The notes below the pieces were generated by a model that searched no databases, was not told where the DNA came from, and saw only the letters and a list, made by a program, of their open reading frames with translations. A DNA stretch of 64,000 nucleotides, taken from Lama glama. Its lineage: Eukaryota. Below are positions 38,558 to 52,139 of the stretch, in pieces. The position numbers and the translations under genes were made by a program. Within the stretch, counting starts at the first letter, position 1. Each line of letters starts with the position of its first letter. The DNA lies in the NCBI GenBank assembly GCA_028534125.1, contig CM052816.1, forward strand, positions 33,172,001 through 33,236,000, written 5' to 3'.

Positions 38558-38692
38558 CTTTTGTTCTTTTTTGAGGGGGGAGGTAATTAGGTTCATTTAT
38601 TTATTTATTTTTTAATGGAGGTACTGGGGATTGAACCCAGGACCTCATGCATGCTAAGCACGCACTCTACCACTGAGCTATACCCTCCCCCT
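38558..38692 (-). mobile_element. Vic-1-type SINE
   Basis: Reverse complement of the family with intact A/B boxes; TSD aaatgctacttct at 38545-38557 and 38693-38705. Confidence 0.95.
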
Positions 38693-40498
38693 AAATGCTA
38701 CTTCTGCTTCATTCTTTCTTTCCTCTCTTTCTGAGAATTCAATTTTACTTTGTTAAAATTTCCTGGCTCTCAGTCTTTTATATTTTACATTTTACATGTG
38801 TTTCTTCTTCTGTGCTTTATAATGCAATGTAATCTTGCTTCTATTCACTAATTCTCTCTTCATCTCTAACTAATTTGTTGTTAATTTTAATTGAGTTTTA
38901 TTTCAGTTTTAACACTTCTCATTCTGAGATATCCATTTGGTTCTTTTTCAAATCTGCTTGGTTTTTTGGTTTTCTTTTTCTGCCTTAGATTTTCTTTCTG
39001 AACATAGTAAACATAATTACTTTATATTCTGAGTCTGGTAATTCCAATAAATGAAATCTTGGTGGCTTTGTTTTTTATGTTAGTTCTTGCTCATGGTATG
39101 TAGTCTTATGTACGTAGTACTTTGAGATACTGAGTTGCTTATAGTCCCTGGAAAATTATTTGTGGAGATACTTTTTAGAACTGCTTTTTACTCATCTCTA
39201 AGGCATCTCCCTGTAGAATAGTCTGATGGTAGTATGCGGGGTGGTATAGTTCTGGCTTAAACTTACACAGAGGCTACAGCCCTCCAGTATTCCAGTGTTT
39301 GAAAAAAAGATATATTTTATAAAATTTCCTACCTGAGCAGTCTTTGGAAGTTGGCTTCTGTTTCCAGGACCCACAAGGTAATCCAAAATTCAATTTTACC
39401 AGGTTCAGACAATAATCTCAAGGTAAAAGTGGCTTGATGCTCCAAGTTCCCTCACTGACCTAGATTTTAGACTCATAAATTTTATAATTTTGCTAGATAT
39501 TCAATGTGTTACAGGAGGGCTTTAAAAGTATAGTTATTTCAGATTTATGAATTATGTCAGAATATACATCCTGATATCCAATCATGTTACTTGATATGGA
39601 AATCAGTATTTGTTCTTTAAAATATGTCTCTGAATTATGATGATAAAAACTATATGCTCATAAATGGGCCATACCTACTTTTCTTTCCTTGAACAATTTT
39701 TTGTTTTCCCCCAAATTAAAACATTTTTGGTATTTTTGTTTGTTTAGTTTCTATATATCATGAATTCAGCCTCAGATTCTTAGCTAATTATCTAAATCTC
39801 CTGTTAATAATTTAAGATGCATAGATATTCCATCAAATCTGGTCAGAAAAATTTCTCCTGGAGTTTATGACCTGCTCTAATCTAGACCGGTTCTGAGGAC
39901 TATTTTGCTTCACTTCTAACTTGTCTTCACTCTTCATTTCACGGTTCGAAGTATTTCTCTTCCTAGGCTAACTCCTTTTTTCGGAGGTCTAGTAGAAATT
40001 TATCTTTTTTTCCATCTTTAGTGTTAAGAAAGTTCACAATACGTCTTCATGTGTTGTGGCAGGTGATACTTTGTAGGTCCTCTCTATCAGGAAATTCACA
40101 TCCTTTGGTTTGGATGACAATTCATGGACCATTTTGCTGACGATTTCTTCCCCTCTATCTTCTTTGCTCTTTTGGATGGTAGACCTCCTGCACCAGCTCT
40201 CGAATTTTTCTTATCTTTTCTCTCCTACCTTACATTCCTTTGTTTCTCTATTTCTCTTTCTGGAAGATATTCTTTTATTTATTTGTCATTCTTTTTGTTG
40301 AACTTTTAATTTATGTTGTATTTTTTCCGTAGTAGGTTTTTTTAATGTTTCTTTTTATCCTGTTCTTTTTTTGTGGATACAACAGTTTCCCCTGTATTTC
40401 ACAGGACATTAAAGAGGGACTATTTTGAAGATTCTCCTTGTAGAGTCTCTGTTCCCTTTAAGTTCTTCTACTTGTTTCGGTCTCTGTCTTTCATTTTA

Positions 40499-40644
40499 TT
40501 TTGTTGTTGTTATTGTTGGGGGGGTAATTAGGTTTATTAATGCATTTATTAATTTTTTTTAATGGAAGTCCTGGGGATTGAGCCCAGGACTTTGTGCAGG
40601 CTGAACACACACCTTGCCACTGAACTATACCCTCTCCCCTCCAG
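40499..40644 (-). mobile_element. Vic-1-type SINE (diverged)
   Basis: ctggggattgagcccaggac...cactgaactataccctc; near-TSD ctttc(a/c)tttta. Confidence 0.88.
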
Positions 40645-42359
40645 CTTTCCTTTTAGAGGAATTTCTCAGTTGTCTTGGTGCTCCTTGGTTGTTCGCTCCT
40701 TTCAGCCACATGACCTATTCCAACTCTGAGACCTCAGATCACCATTCCTAAAAGTATGGCAGCATACTGAGCCCCGCTTAGGAAACACTGATCTATGCCA
40801 TTACTGGATGAATGGGAACTTACCAGACCAGACGTAGGCAGAAGTTAAAAAGACAAAATGTTTTTCCTAAGCCCTACCTCCTTTCTTCCTCAAGTTTCTT
40901 ACACAGCATTCATTCTCCCCCCATCCACGTCTGTCCTTCAGGATCTCTCCCTTAGATTTCCCTCATCAGAGCCAGTTCAAGTAAAAAGTCTGATCATTTT
41001 TTAATACACAGTATGAATGACTTGTAAGGCTAAATATGTTCTCTGGTATTTTAAAAAATGACAACAAAAGCATTTCTTGGTGATAAACCAAAGGAACAGA
41101 CTCTAACTATATAACTTAATCAACAGCAAAGCAAATCAGCAGGAAGCTGGAAGAAGATAGAAAACTCTCTTAATAAAAACAAACCTCTTACCTTACAAGG
41201 CTGGCAATGGGGGGAGAATCTCCACAACAGACGATGTAACAGAACCTGGTAATCACACCCATTATCCTCTGTGGTCACCTTCCCCTTCAAGGTTTCCCTC
41301 TAATTATCCTGCAACCATTCCCAGGCCATGAAGAGGCAGAGCTGTTGCCCCTTTGACATTGTGGCCCAATAACGGACAACTGTTCTCCTTAATACCCCAA
41401 ATGAAGCAAAGTGGCAGCATTCATGAAAGATTTTATAAACAACTAAAGAGAAATTAACATACAAATGGCACCAAACTAGGAAATCAGGCATATCAGAGAT
41501 TTACTTTTTGTGGGTACCATCCCTGTCCCACCCTATTTCCCAGTCCAGCCCTATATTAGAGTATTGCCCCAGTTCCCAGCGTTTAAGAGCAGAAGACTAG
41601 ACAGTGCAATTCCTCTTATCCCAAAAGCAAGGGATGAAGGCTCAGAAACAAACCACTTCCTACTCTGTTGATGTAAGGCTTTCTTCTGACAGAAGCTGCA
41701 GACTGGTGGGTTATGAACTATATCTGGTCCTCAGGTATATTTTGTTGATTCTGCTCTAGTTAAAAAACATTTTAAAAAAATTTAGTCATCAGTATTGAAA
41801 ATTTGGAGAGATCCTATTTTTGAAAAACAAAAGCATTTTCTGGCACTGAACAAACACACACAAGGTCGGGAAATATGGTTCCCACTCCCACGTCTGGCTG
41901 GAGTTGAGCGTCGGCTGCCTCTCTGCAAATGTGCACTAGTTTGCTGGGGCCTCCATCTGGTCCACGTCACACATGTATGTTGTCTACCTGCCCTCAGTAA
42001 GCATTTGCAACCCTTTCTTTTGAGCTGCAGTTCTGCATCTGAGAACCTACTCTTTCCCAGGTGATGGACTGCAGCCCTAAGTATTTATCATATACTGCGG
42101 TCTCAATAGTCATACAAGAGGTGTACACTTGCAATGGGTTCTTTTTTTATATGAGTTTTTGCCCAAGAGCCAGTACCATCCACTGGCAAGTTTGGAGATG
42201 GATGACTTCTAAGTGCTATGTTGACATACACCCGGTAAGGTGGAAATGTTACTGTATACATCCCTCAGATTCTAGGCCTAGTTACTGTTATCCAAAAAAG
42301 ATACAGTAAGTGAAAATCCTTTGAAGAATAATATAACCTAAGTAAAAAGAAAAAGGCAG

Positions 42360-42607
42360 GGGGGAGGGTATAGCTCAAGTGGTAGAGTGCATGCTCAGCA
42401 GGCACAAGGTCCTATATTCAATCCCAAATGCCCCCATTAAAAATAAATTAACCTAATTACCTTCCCCTGAAAACAACAAAAACTAAAAAATAAACAAATA
42501 AAGCAGCACTTTGATAGTCTGTATATACTAACCTGGTCTGTTAATAACTGTGGAGCCTTAAACATAATGTGCTATTAAAAAATCTCAACATTCAAAAAAA
42601 AAAAAAA
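42360..42607 (+). mobile_element. Vic-1-type SINE plus putative 3'-transduced segment
   Basis: SINE 42360-42502, unique segment 42503-42593, poly(A); TSD-like aaaaagaaaa(a/g)ggcagg on both sides. Confidence 0.85.
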
Positions 42608-43894
42608 GAAAAGGGCAGGGCAAAATGTGAAGTGCTATAAAAATATAAGCATTTTTGGCATGAAAGCAACTGGGACAGGTGAGATTGGTGACTAAATTTA
42701 CTCCCTGGGATTTCAGGGAGCTCAGAGTCCTAAATCTCTACACAGAAATTCCTAATGGAAAAACAAACAATCTTAGAGGCTGGAATTCTGAGTTTTTGTT
42801 AATGTAGCAAGAGAAAAAGAAGAAGGAACACAGCAGTGTGAATTAGTAGAAAAACAAACCAGGAGCCAGGAGAGTTGCAGTCTAGTCCCAGCCATGCCAC
42901 CAACTAACTCTGTGACCTGAGAATTATTATTTAACCCTCCAGGTCTCCATTTCCTCATCTATATACACTACACAGAGGGTGAAACTAGATAATATTTAAC
43001 AGAGTCTCTGGGCTGTCATCTTATAATTCAAGGGAAAATTTTTATCAAAGTACTCTAAATGTTAAGTCAGATAAGTCAAAGAAAACACTATAAATACCAA
43101 AAGAAAAATCTGACAAGGTAATTTTTTGCATTAAAATTTACCTAGAACTGACTGATATGCACTCATAAAATGAGAGCTAAATAAATACACCAGGTACTGG
43201 ATTAAATTCTCCTTCAACTAGATTTTCTTGTAGATAGCAAACTTAGATGGATCAACTGGAAACCATACAAAATTCTTCCAAAACAACCATAAAAATTGAA
43301 TTGATTTAAACAGTCATTTATTAATGCCCTTTCATTTATGTTGTCCAGTGAACCTGCAGTAGTCTTACAAGAGATAAAACAGGAAGCAAAATAAGCCTTC
43401 CTGAACCTTTTGCAATTATAACGCTGAGTGACAATTTCTCTAGAATGAACAATGGACAATAAAATAGTCCGGCCAAACTAAACACTTTCTGTGAACAGAC
43501 TGAGCTCTTATCTCAGCCAAGTAATCATTTTTATTCCATAAAAAGTATCTAAAATCATGCCAAGTTGTACCACTGCCACTGAAGTTGGAATGGCTTCAGC
43601 ATCCCATAAAAACAGTGGCACAATGGACTGCCTCAGTTAAATCATGCTGGAGAGAAAACAGATGAACAATTTTATTGTGTTCTGTGTGGTTCAAAAGATA
43701 CAATCAACACAGGTAATCACTGGCACCCTTCATGCCAGGGTTACCACCTGAGATAAGCACACCTGCATTTCCATGAACTCTTTGTTTCATGCTGACTAAA
43801 ATCAAGTGATTAATGCCTCTGGGAAGTGGTCGAAAATAATATATTTACAAAGAGCAGCACTAAATAGCTTGAAATGCCAGTAAAGGACAAAATC

Positions 43895-44167
43895 AGGGGT
43901 GGGAAGGGATAAATTGGAAGTTTGAGATTTGCAGATACTAACTACTATATATAAGATAGATAAACAACACGTTTATACTGTATAGCACAAGAAACTATAT
44001 TCAGTATCTTGTAGTAACTTATGGTTAAAAAGAATATGAAAACGAATATATGCATGTTCCTGTATGACTGAAGTATTGTGCTGTACACCAGAAATTGACA
44101 CACTGTCAACTGACTATACTTCAATAAAAGTATATTTTTAAAAAATTGGTGCTCAAAAATATTTTTT
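43895..44167 (+). mobile_element. Young-type L1 3' end
   Basis: gggaagggataaattgg...ctgtacaccagaaattgacac...tacttcaataaaa; TSD-like aaa(g/a)gacaaaa. Confidence 0.9.
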
Positions 44168-45067
44168 AAAAGACAAAACTGGGAAGTAAGACAGGAGTTT
44201 GCATTACTTGAGACATCATTTTACAAGAATTTAGACCACCACAGAAGCATGTATTTTACTACAGAAGGTACTAATCTACAAAAGAAATCTAAAATATTTA
44301 ATATCTCAAGAAATACCCGAGAATCCAGTGATCTTATACATGCTTGCTTAATAGTTAAAAAACAAATATATCGTATTTTCTCTCTTCCTTCTGTCTGCAG
44401 TGACTGCAGAATGGAGACATGAAAGCCAGTGTACCATAAATAGAATTTGACATCTTAAGTGGAAGAATTTAAAGTTTACATGCACACATACACATATACG
44501 CAAAGAACTGAAGTTCAAATATACCCAATAGAGAAATAGTTTCATCCTGATTGAGAAATAACATGCCAATGACTCTTTATCATTCTGTCTCAGATGATGT
44601 CAAAAACATCTGTTGTCTTTGGTTTCACATTGTTTTGTACTCACATTGAATATGTGTGTTCAGTTATCTGAGAACATACAACACCTTAAATGACCAGTGA
44701 GGCTATAATTTGATGGTGTTGGGAATGAGGGAGAATGATTTACAATGTCCTCTCCCACTGTCTTATTCAGAAGATCTCTTAATCTCCTCATGGCAAGTGA
44801 CATGACTTCTCAGACTAAACCCAAACAGATTTCCTCTATTTTAGTGTTTCATGTTTTCCCTGGCTTAGGGGAAAGGAGAATGTTTTGTTTTAATGGATGA
44901 TGCTGGTTTTCAGGTTACTAAATTTGTGAGCAATATTAAGGACACTATTATGTTATATCCTTAATTACGCTCATAATTTGAAAGCAAGGTTTGCCACATA
45001 TAAGCTGCTTCTGGGTAATCAAGATTTTCCTGCAGGATTGCTTCCCTGTACATGCTGAGTTGGACCT

Positions 45068-45291
<224 letters not shown>

Positions 45292-46127
45292 TATCAAAGC
45301 CATTGCAATAGCCACTCCAGAAAATGCCTTTGCTGATGATCTAAACAGTGTTTGGGCAGCCTTAGGTCTTCTTTACTCATTGCCCCTGATGGGCTCTGCC
45401 TGGTACCAGAGCAACTATCAGCTCAAATGTCAAGAACCTGAAACAGCCCAAGAAAACAAACTCAAAGAGAAAGAAGCTCCAGGGTTTATACACTTCTAAA
45501 GGGATCCTTTAATACAGTGTTTCTCAGTCTTTTCCATGAAAGAACTCCAAAGACAGAGGAGAGTCAAAGAAGTCTGGGGGATAGACTGAATTACCTCCAA
45601 GTCAGAGATTTCCTTGAGGTCTCATGTTTTACCTTGAAAATTCATTTGAATTTTGAATTCTACTCTACATCTATCAGCATTTATTTTAATACAATTTGAA
45701 AAAAATACCAAGTTACACAACTTTAGCTCCAAACAATCAATTAAATTGATGGCTTAAGAAGATGTACCACATTGTTTCTGGGGCTTTTAGTCCTCCTACA
45801 ACCCCCAACCACTTCCGTGTGCTCCCCAAACATTCACATAATGAGTCTGAGGGACATTTAATTTAATTGCAGGTCACTTACTTTCTAATGAACTCTTCTC
45901 TAGCTCATCACCACGCAGGTGTGTTTTCTTATTTCTGCATCCTTCTAATTCTTTCCAGTTCCCTAAGGCCAGCCTGGGCTTTACTTTTTACCAAGAGTCT
46001 TTTCTGGTCTCCCTGACCAACAATGCTTTTCCTGTCTCATCTCCTTTAGCACATCTTGCTTACCTCACATATTTTTCACTCCATCATATATAATCTTTCA
46101 GTAGTTCTATTCATGTATTTTGTTTTT

Positions 46128-47218
46128 CTAGCTTTATTATTATTGAAGTATAACATATGTAAGTTTAAGGTGTGTAAAGTGATGATTCGATACACATACA
46201 CACTGCAAAACGATCACCACAGCAAGTTTAAACTCGTTTAATCCCTGAACTATGTTAGTTTTAGGGATTCAGTATTTTTGTAGATTATATTCCATTACAG
46301 GTTATTACAAGATAATGGGTGTAATTCCCTGTGCTACACAGTAGGACCTTGTTGCTTATCTATCTTATACATAGTAGTGTGTATATGTTAATCCCACACC
46401 CCTAATTTGTCCCTCCCTACTTTCCTCTTTGGTAAGTTTGTTTTCTATGTCTGTGAGTCCGTTTCCATTTTGTATATACATTCATTTGTATTATTTTTTA
46501 GATTCCACATATAAGTGATATCATATAGTATTTGTCTTCACTAAGCATAATATTTTCTAGGTTCATATGGACCTAGAGATACATGTGGACACACTGTTGC
46601 AAACGACAGTATTCCATTCTTTTATTATGGCTGAGTAATATTCATATATACATATACATATAAATATATATATATATAAATGTTTGTGTTTATATATGTA
46701 TCTCACATCTCTTCTTAATCAACAGACTACTGGGCTGACATCTGGGTTGCTTCCATATCTTGACTATTGTAAATAGTGCTGCTGTGAACAACATTATTGG
46801 GTTATATGTTTTTTTCTTTTTTTTTAAGTCAGTCTTTTCTTTTTTTCCGGATATACACCCGAGGTGGACTTGCTGGATCATTTGGTAGCCCTAATTTTAG
46901 TTTTCTGAGGAACCTCCATACTGTTTTTCCCAGTGGCTGCACCAATTTACATTCATATCAGTAGTATACTAGGGTTCCCTTTTCTACACACCTTCTCCAG
47001 CATTCCCTGCCTGGCTGCTCTGGCTAGGACTTCCAAAACTATGTTATGTAGAAGTGGTAATTAAGATGGGCATCCTTGCCTTGTTTCTGAATTTAGTGGG
47101 AAGGCTTTCAGCTTTTTACCACTGAGTATTATGTAGCCATGGATTTGTCACAAACGGCCTTTATTATGTTGAGATATGTTCTGTCTATACCCATTCTGAT
47201 GAAAGATTTTTTATCATG
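46128..47218 (-). mobile_element. Composite L1 3' region with internal deletion
   Basis: Antisense L1 terminus, 3' UTR and ORF2 end, then a jump to gctctggctaggacttcc at about 47005-47015. Confidence 0.85.
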
Positions 47219-47484
47219 TGTAACACAGGAGACAGACATATATATGAATAATTATAACAATGCTAGATGTAGGCATAGGATATAATAGAAGCAGATATAA
47301 AAAACAAAATTCATTAAAAATTTTTACAAATTGGTTGTGTGACAAGACACATATGCATCTCCTAGTTGCTAAATATATATGTGTACATGTCAGTTTTATG
47401 CAGCATTATTAAAGCCTTTTGAAAACTGTAAGAGTACATATTCAAAAAAAAGAAAGGAGACAAGACTTACATAGAGAACGGCCA

Positions 47485-48052
47485 TGTGGTGGACATCTGC
47501 ATTTTCTGCCTGCTCAGCATCCATTCACTCTTTCTATAGTGACAGCACCTTGATTCCCCGCCTCCTTTTCTCAACGCTCAGTCCATATTATGTGAACAGA
47601 AACAACTCCACTCCTATCCTACAGGTTAAGTATGTGGTCTAGGCCTGGCTGATCAGACCACTGCACTCTTCTGGCCAGAGGGACCTGTCCAGGGAGAGGT
47701 ATATGGCCCAGTAAAACCTAGGAGGCCAATTTCTGGGATTTTTGTGGAGCTGCTGTGAAGAGAAAAATCCCTCTTTTCTCTTGTGGTTGCTCTAAAGAAT
47801 GGGAGTAATCCCAGGATTGCTGTCGGCCACAACAAGGAGCCTGAGAATAAAGCCATTTTTAAGGAAAGGGTTGAGGCATGGACAGAAGAAGACTGATGGC
47901 CTCTGAGTCCCTTGATCTATTCGTGCTACATCTGTCTGCCTAGACTTCTCCCATATACTCATGCTTCCCTCCCTCCCCCTCCTTCTTCCCTTCCCCTTCA
48001 AAATATTAGTGTTGTGTTTGTCACCTGTCACCAGAAAGCTCTAACTAATATC
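47485..48052 (+). mobile_element. MaLR LTR (MLT1K/J-like)
   Basis: tgtggtggacatctg..ctgcctgctcagcatccattc...tcacctgtcaccagaaagctctaactaata. Confidence 0.7.
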
Positions 48053-48139
48053 GTACAGAGGGAACCAAACTCAAAAAGCAGGTTTGAGGAGAAAGTATCA
48101 ACAAGAAGGCCAGCAACACTGAAGCTAAGCATTCATCTG

Positions 48140-48623
48140 AAAAAGAATAAAATACTGCCATTTGCAGCAACATGGATGGACTTGGAGATCATCATTCTAA
48201 GTGAGGTAAGCCAGAAAGAGAAAGAAAAATATCATATGATACCACTCATATATGGAATCTAAAAAAAAAAGGAAAAGGAAAAGAAAAAGAAAAACAAAAA
48301 AGAGGACACTAATGAACTCATCTACAAAACAGAAACAGATGCACAGACACAGTAAATAATTTTATGGTTACTGGGGGAAATGGGTGGGAAGGGATAAATC
48401 TGGGAGTCTGAGATTTGCAAAGGTTAACCACTATATATAAAAATAGATAACAACAAATTTCCTCTGCATAGCACAGGGAACCATCTTCAATATCCTGTAA
48501 TAACCTTTAATGAAAAAGAATATGAAAACAAATATATGTATGTATATGCATGACTCAGACATTACGCTGTACACCAGAAATTGACACATTGTAACTGACT
48601 GTACTTCAATTTAAAAAAAAAAA
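48140..48623 (+). mobile_element. Young-type L1 3' end (ORF2 C-terminus plus 3' UTR)
   Basis: Encodes KNKILPFAATWMDLEIIILSEVSQKEKEKYHMIPLIYGI*, then 3' UTR and poly(A). Confidence 0.95.
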
Positions 48624-51439
48624 GTGATGGGGAAGAAGACGAGATAAGGTAGGAGCAACCCACTGGATGGTAAGCAGTCTCGACACCTCAGTTCAGAGGT
48701 GAAACTGTAGAGTCTATTAAAGCAGAGAAAGGAGAATCAGTGCATTTTTACCATGAGTACATATTTAAATATTAGGAAGTCATAGTAGCATCAACTGGAA
48801 TCAGGCAAAAAGAACAGTTAGGAGGAAACTTCAGTAATTCAGAGGATGGGGGGGGAGGACGCAGATCTGGACCAGGGCAGTGCCAACCTGAGAAGTATGA
48901 ACAGACAAGCCAGTGGGGATGAGGGACTGCACAAGAACAGGAAGGACAAAGATTAATGAAAAGGAATACAAATGGACTAAGTTAATCAAGAACTAAGTCT
49001 ACCCACACTAAATCTAAAAACAGTCGGTCTACAGACAGTTGCTGGCAGTATCCTCAGAATGCAACAGCAGAACGTAACATGGTACCTATTACTTAAAGAC
49101 TTTAGAAGCTTATTCTAACTCCCAATTTAGAAGTAGAATAAATAAACATATTGTTTACCCTATGACATGGGGCTTAGAGTATGTAAAAGCTATCAGTACC
49201 ACCAACAAAAAAGCAAACTTCCCGAAACCTTCAATTGGGCTAAAAACTACTGTAACTTTAGTCTGGTTTTATGCTAGCTGGGCAGTATTTTTAACAATGA
49301 ATCACTCTCATGAATGATTTTATTTAAAAGACTCTGTGTTGATTGTTAATTTCTCATCCAGGGTGCATAAAGGAGTTAAACCTTTTGTCTTAATTTACCA
49401 GCCAGAACTCCACATACTAGTGTCAATTTAATTGGATTTAAAAGTGTTGAATTCTTGTCTTACTTAATTTAACCAGTTTTAAGGGTTTAGAAAAATATTT
49501 ATACACAGAAAAAAATGCAACAATATTTAAGAGTAACAGTCATTCTGAAAAAAAATTGGGATGTGTCAGGACTAGACAGGTTTGGAGTATATTAACTAAT
49601 TGTGGTTTTTAATTTTTTAAAAGCCAGACGCTAAACCAAAATTCTGGGGTCTGCTTATTTGTATCTTTAAATCTGCTGAGGAATCAGAATATCTCTTTAC
49701 ATTTCCTTCCTCAGGCTTGTGGGGTGTGGAGTCTTTCCAGTCTGAGCTACATATTCTTTGATCTAACTTTTTACTTTGAGTTCCTATTAAGGACAATTCT
49801 TGCTATTAGTTTCTCCAAGAAACGTCAATACTTTGTATGTTCCTCCTGGACCACAGGGCCACCGTCAGAGCAGTAACGAAGGTTGACACCTCAGGTGGGA
49901 ATATATTTCAAGGAAAGGCCAATAAAGCATCTTTGAAGATACAGGTTATTGGAAATTGTGCCCGTTGTTCTAATCTTAGCATAAATTAAATTTAGTTGCA
50001 TTAATTAGCAGGTTTTAATGTCTACTGTATTAAACAATGTTTTAAAACCATGGGAATTTGACTCAAATCAGTTCTTGGGCTCTCTGAGACCTGACCAAAG
50101 GAAGAAAAACAAGTACCCCCAAAGATCTGGAAAGCACAGACGTGTAACAACCTCATCACACAAGCTTGCAGGCTTATATCAGCTCTCCTCAGGCAGTTCA
50201 GCACTTTTGTTCAGTGGTCATCACCCTGAAGCACTACCTCTTCCACATAATTCACATATTGGACAGGAATGTGGAAATCACCTGTAAAGTTTACAGCTTG
50301 GTTGAAGTAAAAAACTGTTTATTTAAAAGGGGATGTTTGAATAAAAGGCTCTCTTGCAACTGCTACATATATAAATGCCTAATGCTAGCAATTTTTTTAA
50401 ACTCCAGAGTCTTTTCTCATCACAAAGAAAACTGAAAAAAACTTAAAATCACAATTTTTATATGTGATTTAAATTTAAATCTTTTTAATTTTAAAATGAA
50501 AAATTACAAATCACAAAACTTGTAAATGAAAATTATGAATAATTATAATGAATCTAGATTATTTATTTTGGGAAATAAATTTACACTGGGAAACTAGGCA
50601 GCACACACACAACCACATAAATAATGTATGCTGTCACTTTGTTGCCAAAGAGATGGGCTTCTCTCACAGGCATTGTCCTCAGATCCCTCCTCAAGACCCT
50701 GGGGACCGTGTGTCTGCAATTGCTGGGAGTGGCCTCTGGATGGCAGTGTTCTCTTAAATTTGCATCTTGGTCATCAAGACAGTTTCTAAGCAAAAATTAG
50801 ACTTGGGGGGACTCAAAGAATTATCTCTTTCAATAAGTAATGTCTTAGCGTTCTCAACTCCTTAGTAGCTCTGTGGCTTACAGCAAGTTAGTTAACTTCT
50901 CTGAGTCTCAGTGTCCTTTTCCTTACAAGGAGGATTCTATTATTAAACTTGGAAAGGAGTCACGAGGATTAGAGATGATAATGATGATTAAGCAATACTA
51001 TTATTTATGGAAAACCTAATGTGAATAGACACTGTAGGGGAACTTGACAAGTGACATCTCACTAGTCCTTCCAAATACCCTATAATGTAGGTATTAGTAC
51101 TCTACCTTTAGAGACAAGAAAAGTAAAGCTCAGAATAATCAGAACAGAGCCTGAGTCCCACAGCAAGTCAGTGGTAAAACTGGGATTTTTCTTTTTAGCG
51201 TATAATACAAGCAAATTCCTAGAAAATTGCTTTGCACATTGTAAATATTGGTGATTTTTAAACTTCATTTATTACTCTTAATGCTATAACTATTAAATTT
51301 TATATAGCTGGTACCTGAAAGGCATAACATTTTAAAGTCCTATTTCTAAGATGACTTAAAATAGATACAAAAATCTATTATGATCTAGTTGATCAGATAT
51401 CTTAATTTTTCCCCAAAGTGTATTTGAGAAAAGCCAAAG

Positions 51440-51685
51440 AGAAGATCTGTAAATAAAAGTTTATGGTCAATTAAGTGCGGAAAATGCTGTATAGTTCATT
51501 CTTCTCCTGGAGATTCACAAGAAACATTAGCACATCAAAGGCTCTGAGATGTCTCCCAGTAAAGAAAACTGTTCATCTAATTTAACCCAAAGTTTTCAAA
51601 TGCATTTCTTGAAGAAATTCTTTCTCCACACAATATTTATGACCACCTCTTGAAATCATTGTGCTGAGGAAAACATTTGGGAAAA
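51440..51685. mobile_element. Old hAT-type non-autonomous DNA transposon fragment
   Basis: acattagcacatcaaaggctctgagatgtc..cagtaaagaaaactgtt..tttaaccca motif, recalled from hAT-Charlie relics. Confidence 0.45.
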
Positions 51686-52139
51686 AAATGAATCTATTGA
51701 AATTCCTCTTCCCAATTGAGCATGTCATGTTTTGACAGGTCTTCTTTTTCTGCCAACTCAACTCCCCACTGTGGATGTGCTGTGAAATGACAGGGCTGAC
51801 AGTAAAATTTTTCTGACACTTAACTGGTAAACCTAAGTTTCTCTCAGGCTTTTCTTGCTACAGCACAGCATTGTTTCTACTTCCCTTCACGATGCAGTCA
51901 CAGGTAAAATTTCAACCCTTTCCTGGAACTCCTGCTCGTAGCATTTCTCAGATTTCCTTATAGACCTTATCTTCCCCACCATTCAATGGCCTCTAAAGTT
52001 TCACTGACTCTAACTTAGACCTTATTGAGATCTGATTTGTCATGTGCTTATGACTCCACAATTAAATTATAAGTTACTTAGTGTCTGGAGATATGCACTG
52101 CACCTCTGTGAATCCCTACAAGAGCGTGAACAAAGAGCA

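Larger units (their letters stand above)
35730..40480 (-). mobile_element. Ancient fragmented L1 (L1ME/L1M5-like) carrying nested younger inserts
   Basis: Long T-rich tract with degenerate antisense L1 motifs (agctataaaatttcctctaactgc; ttcttgaaagatgcttttgctgggtat). Confidence 0.65.

Noticed and set aside
38615..38692. Functional tRNA-Ala gene (also at 8167, 17013 and 42360)
   Set aside because: Carries the SINE 5' extension and family tail, and most copies have TSDs; these are retroposed copies.
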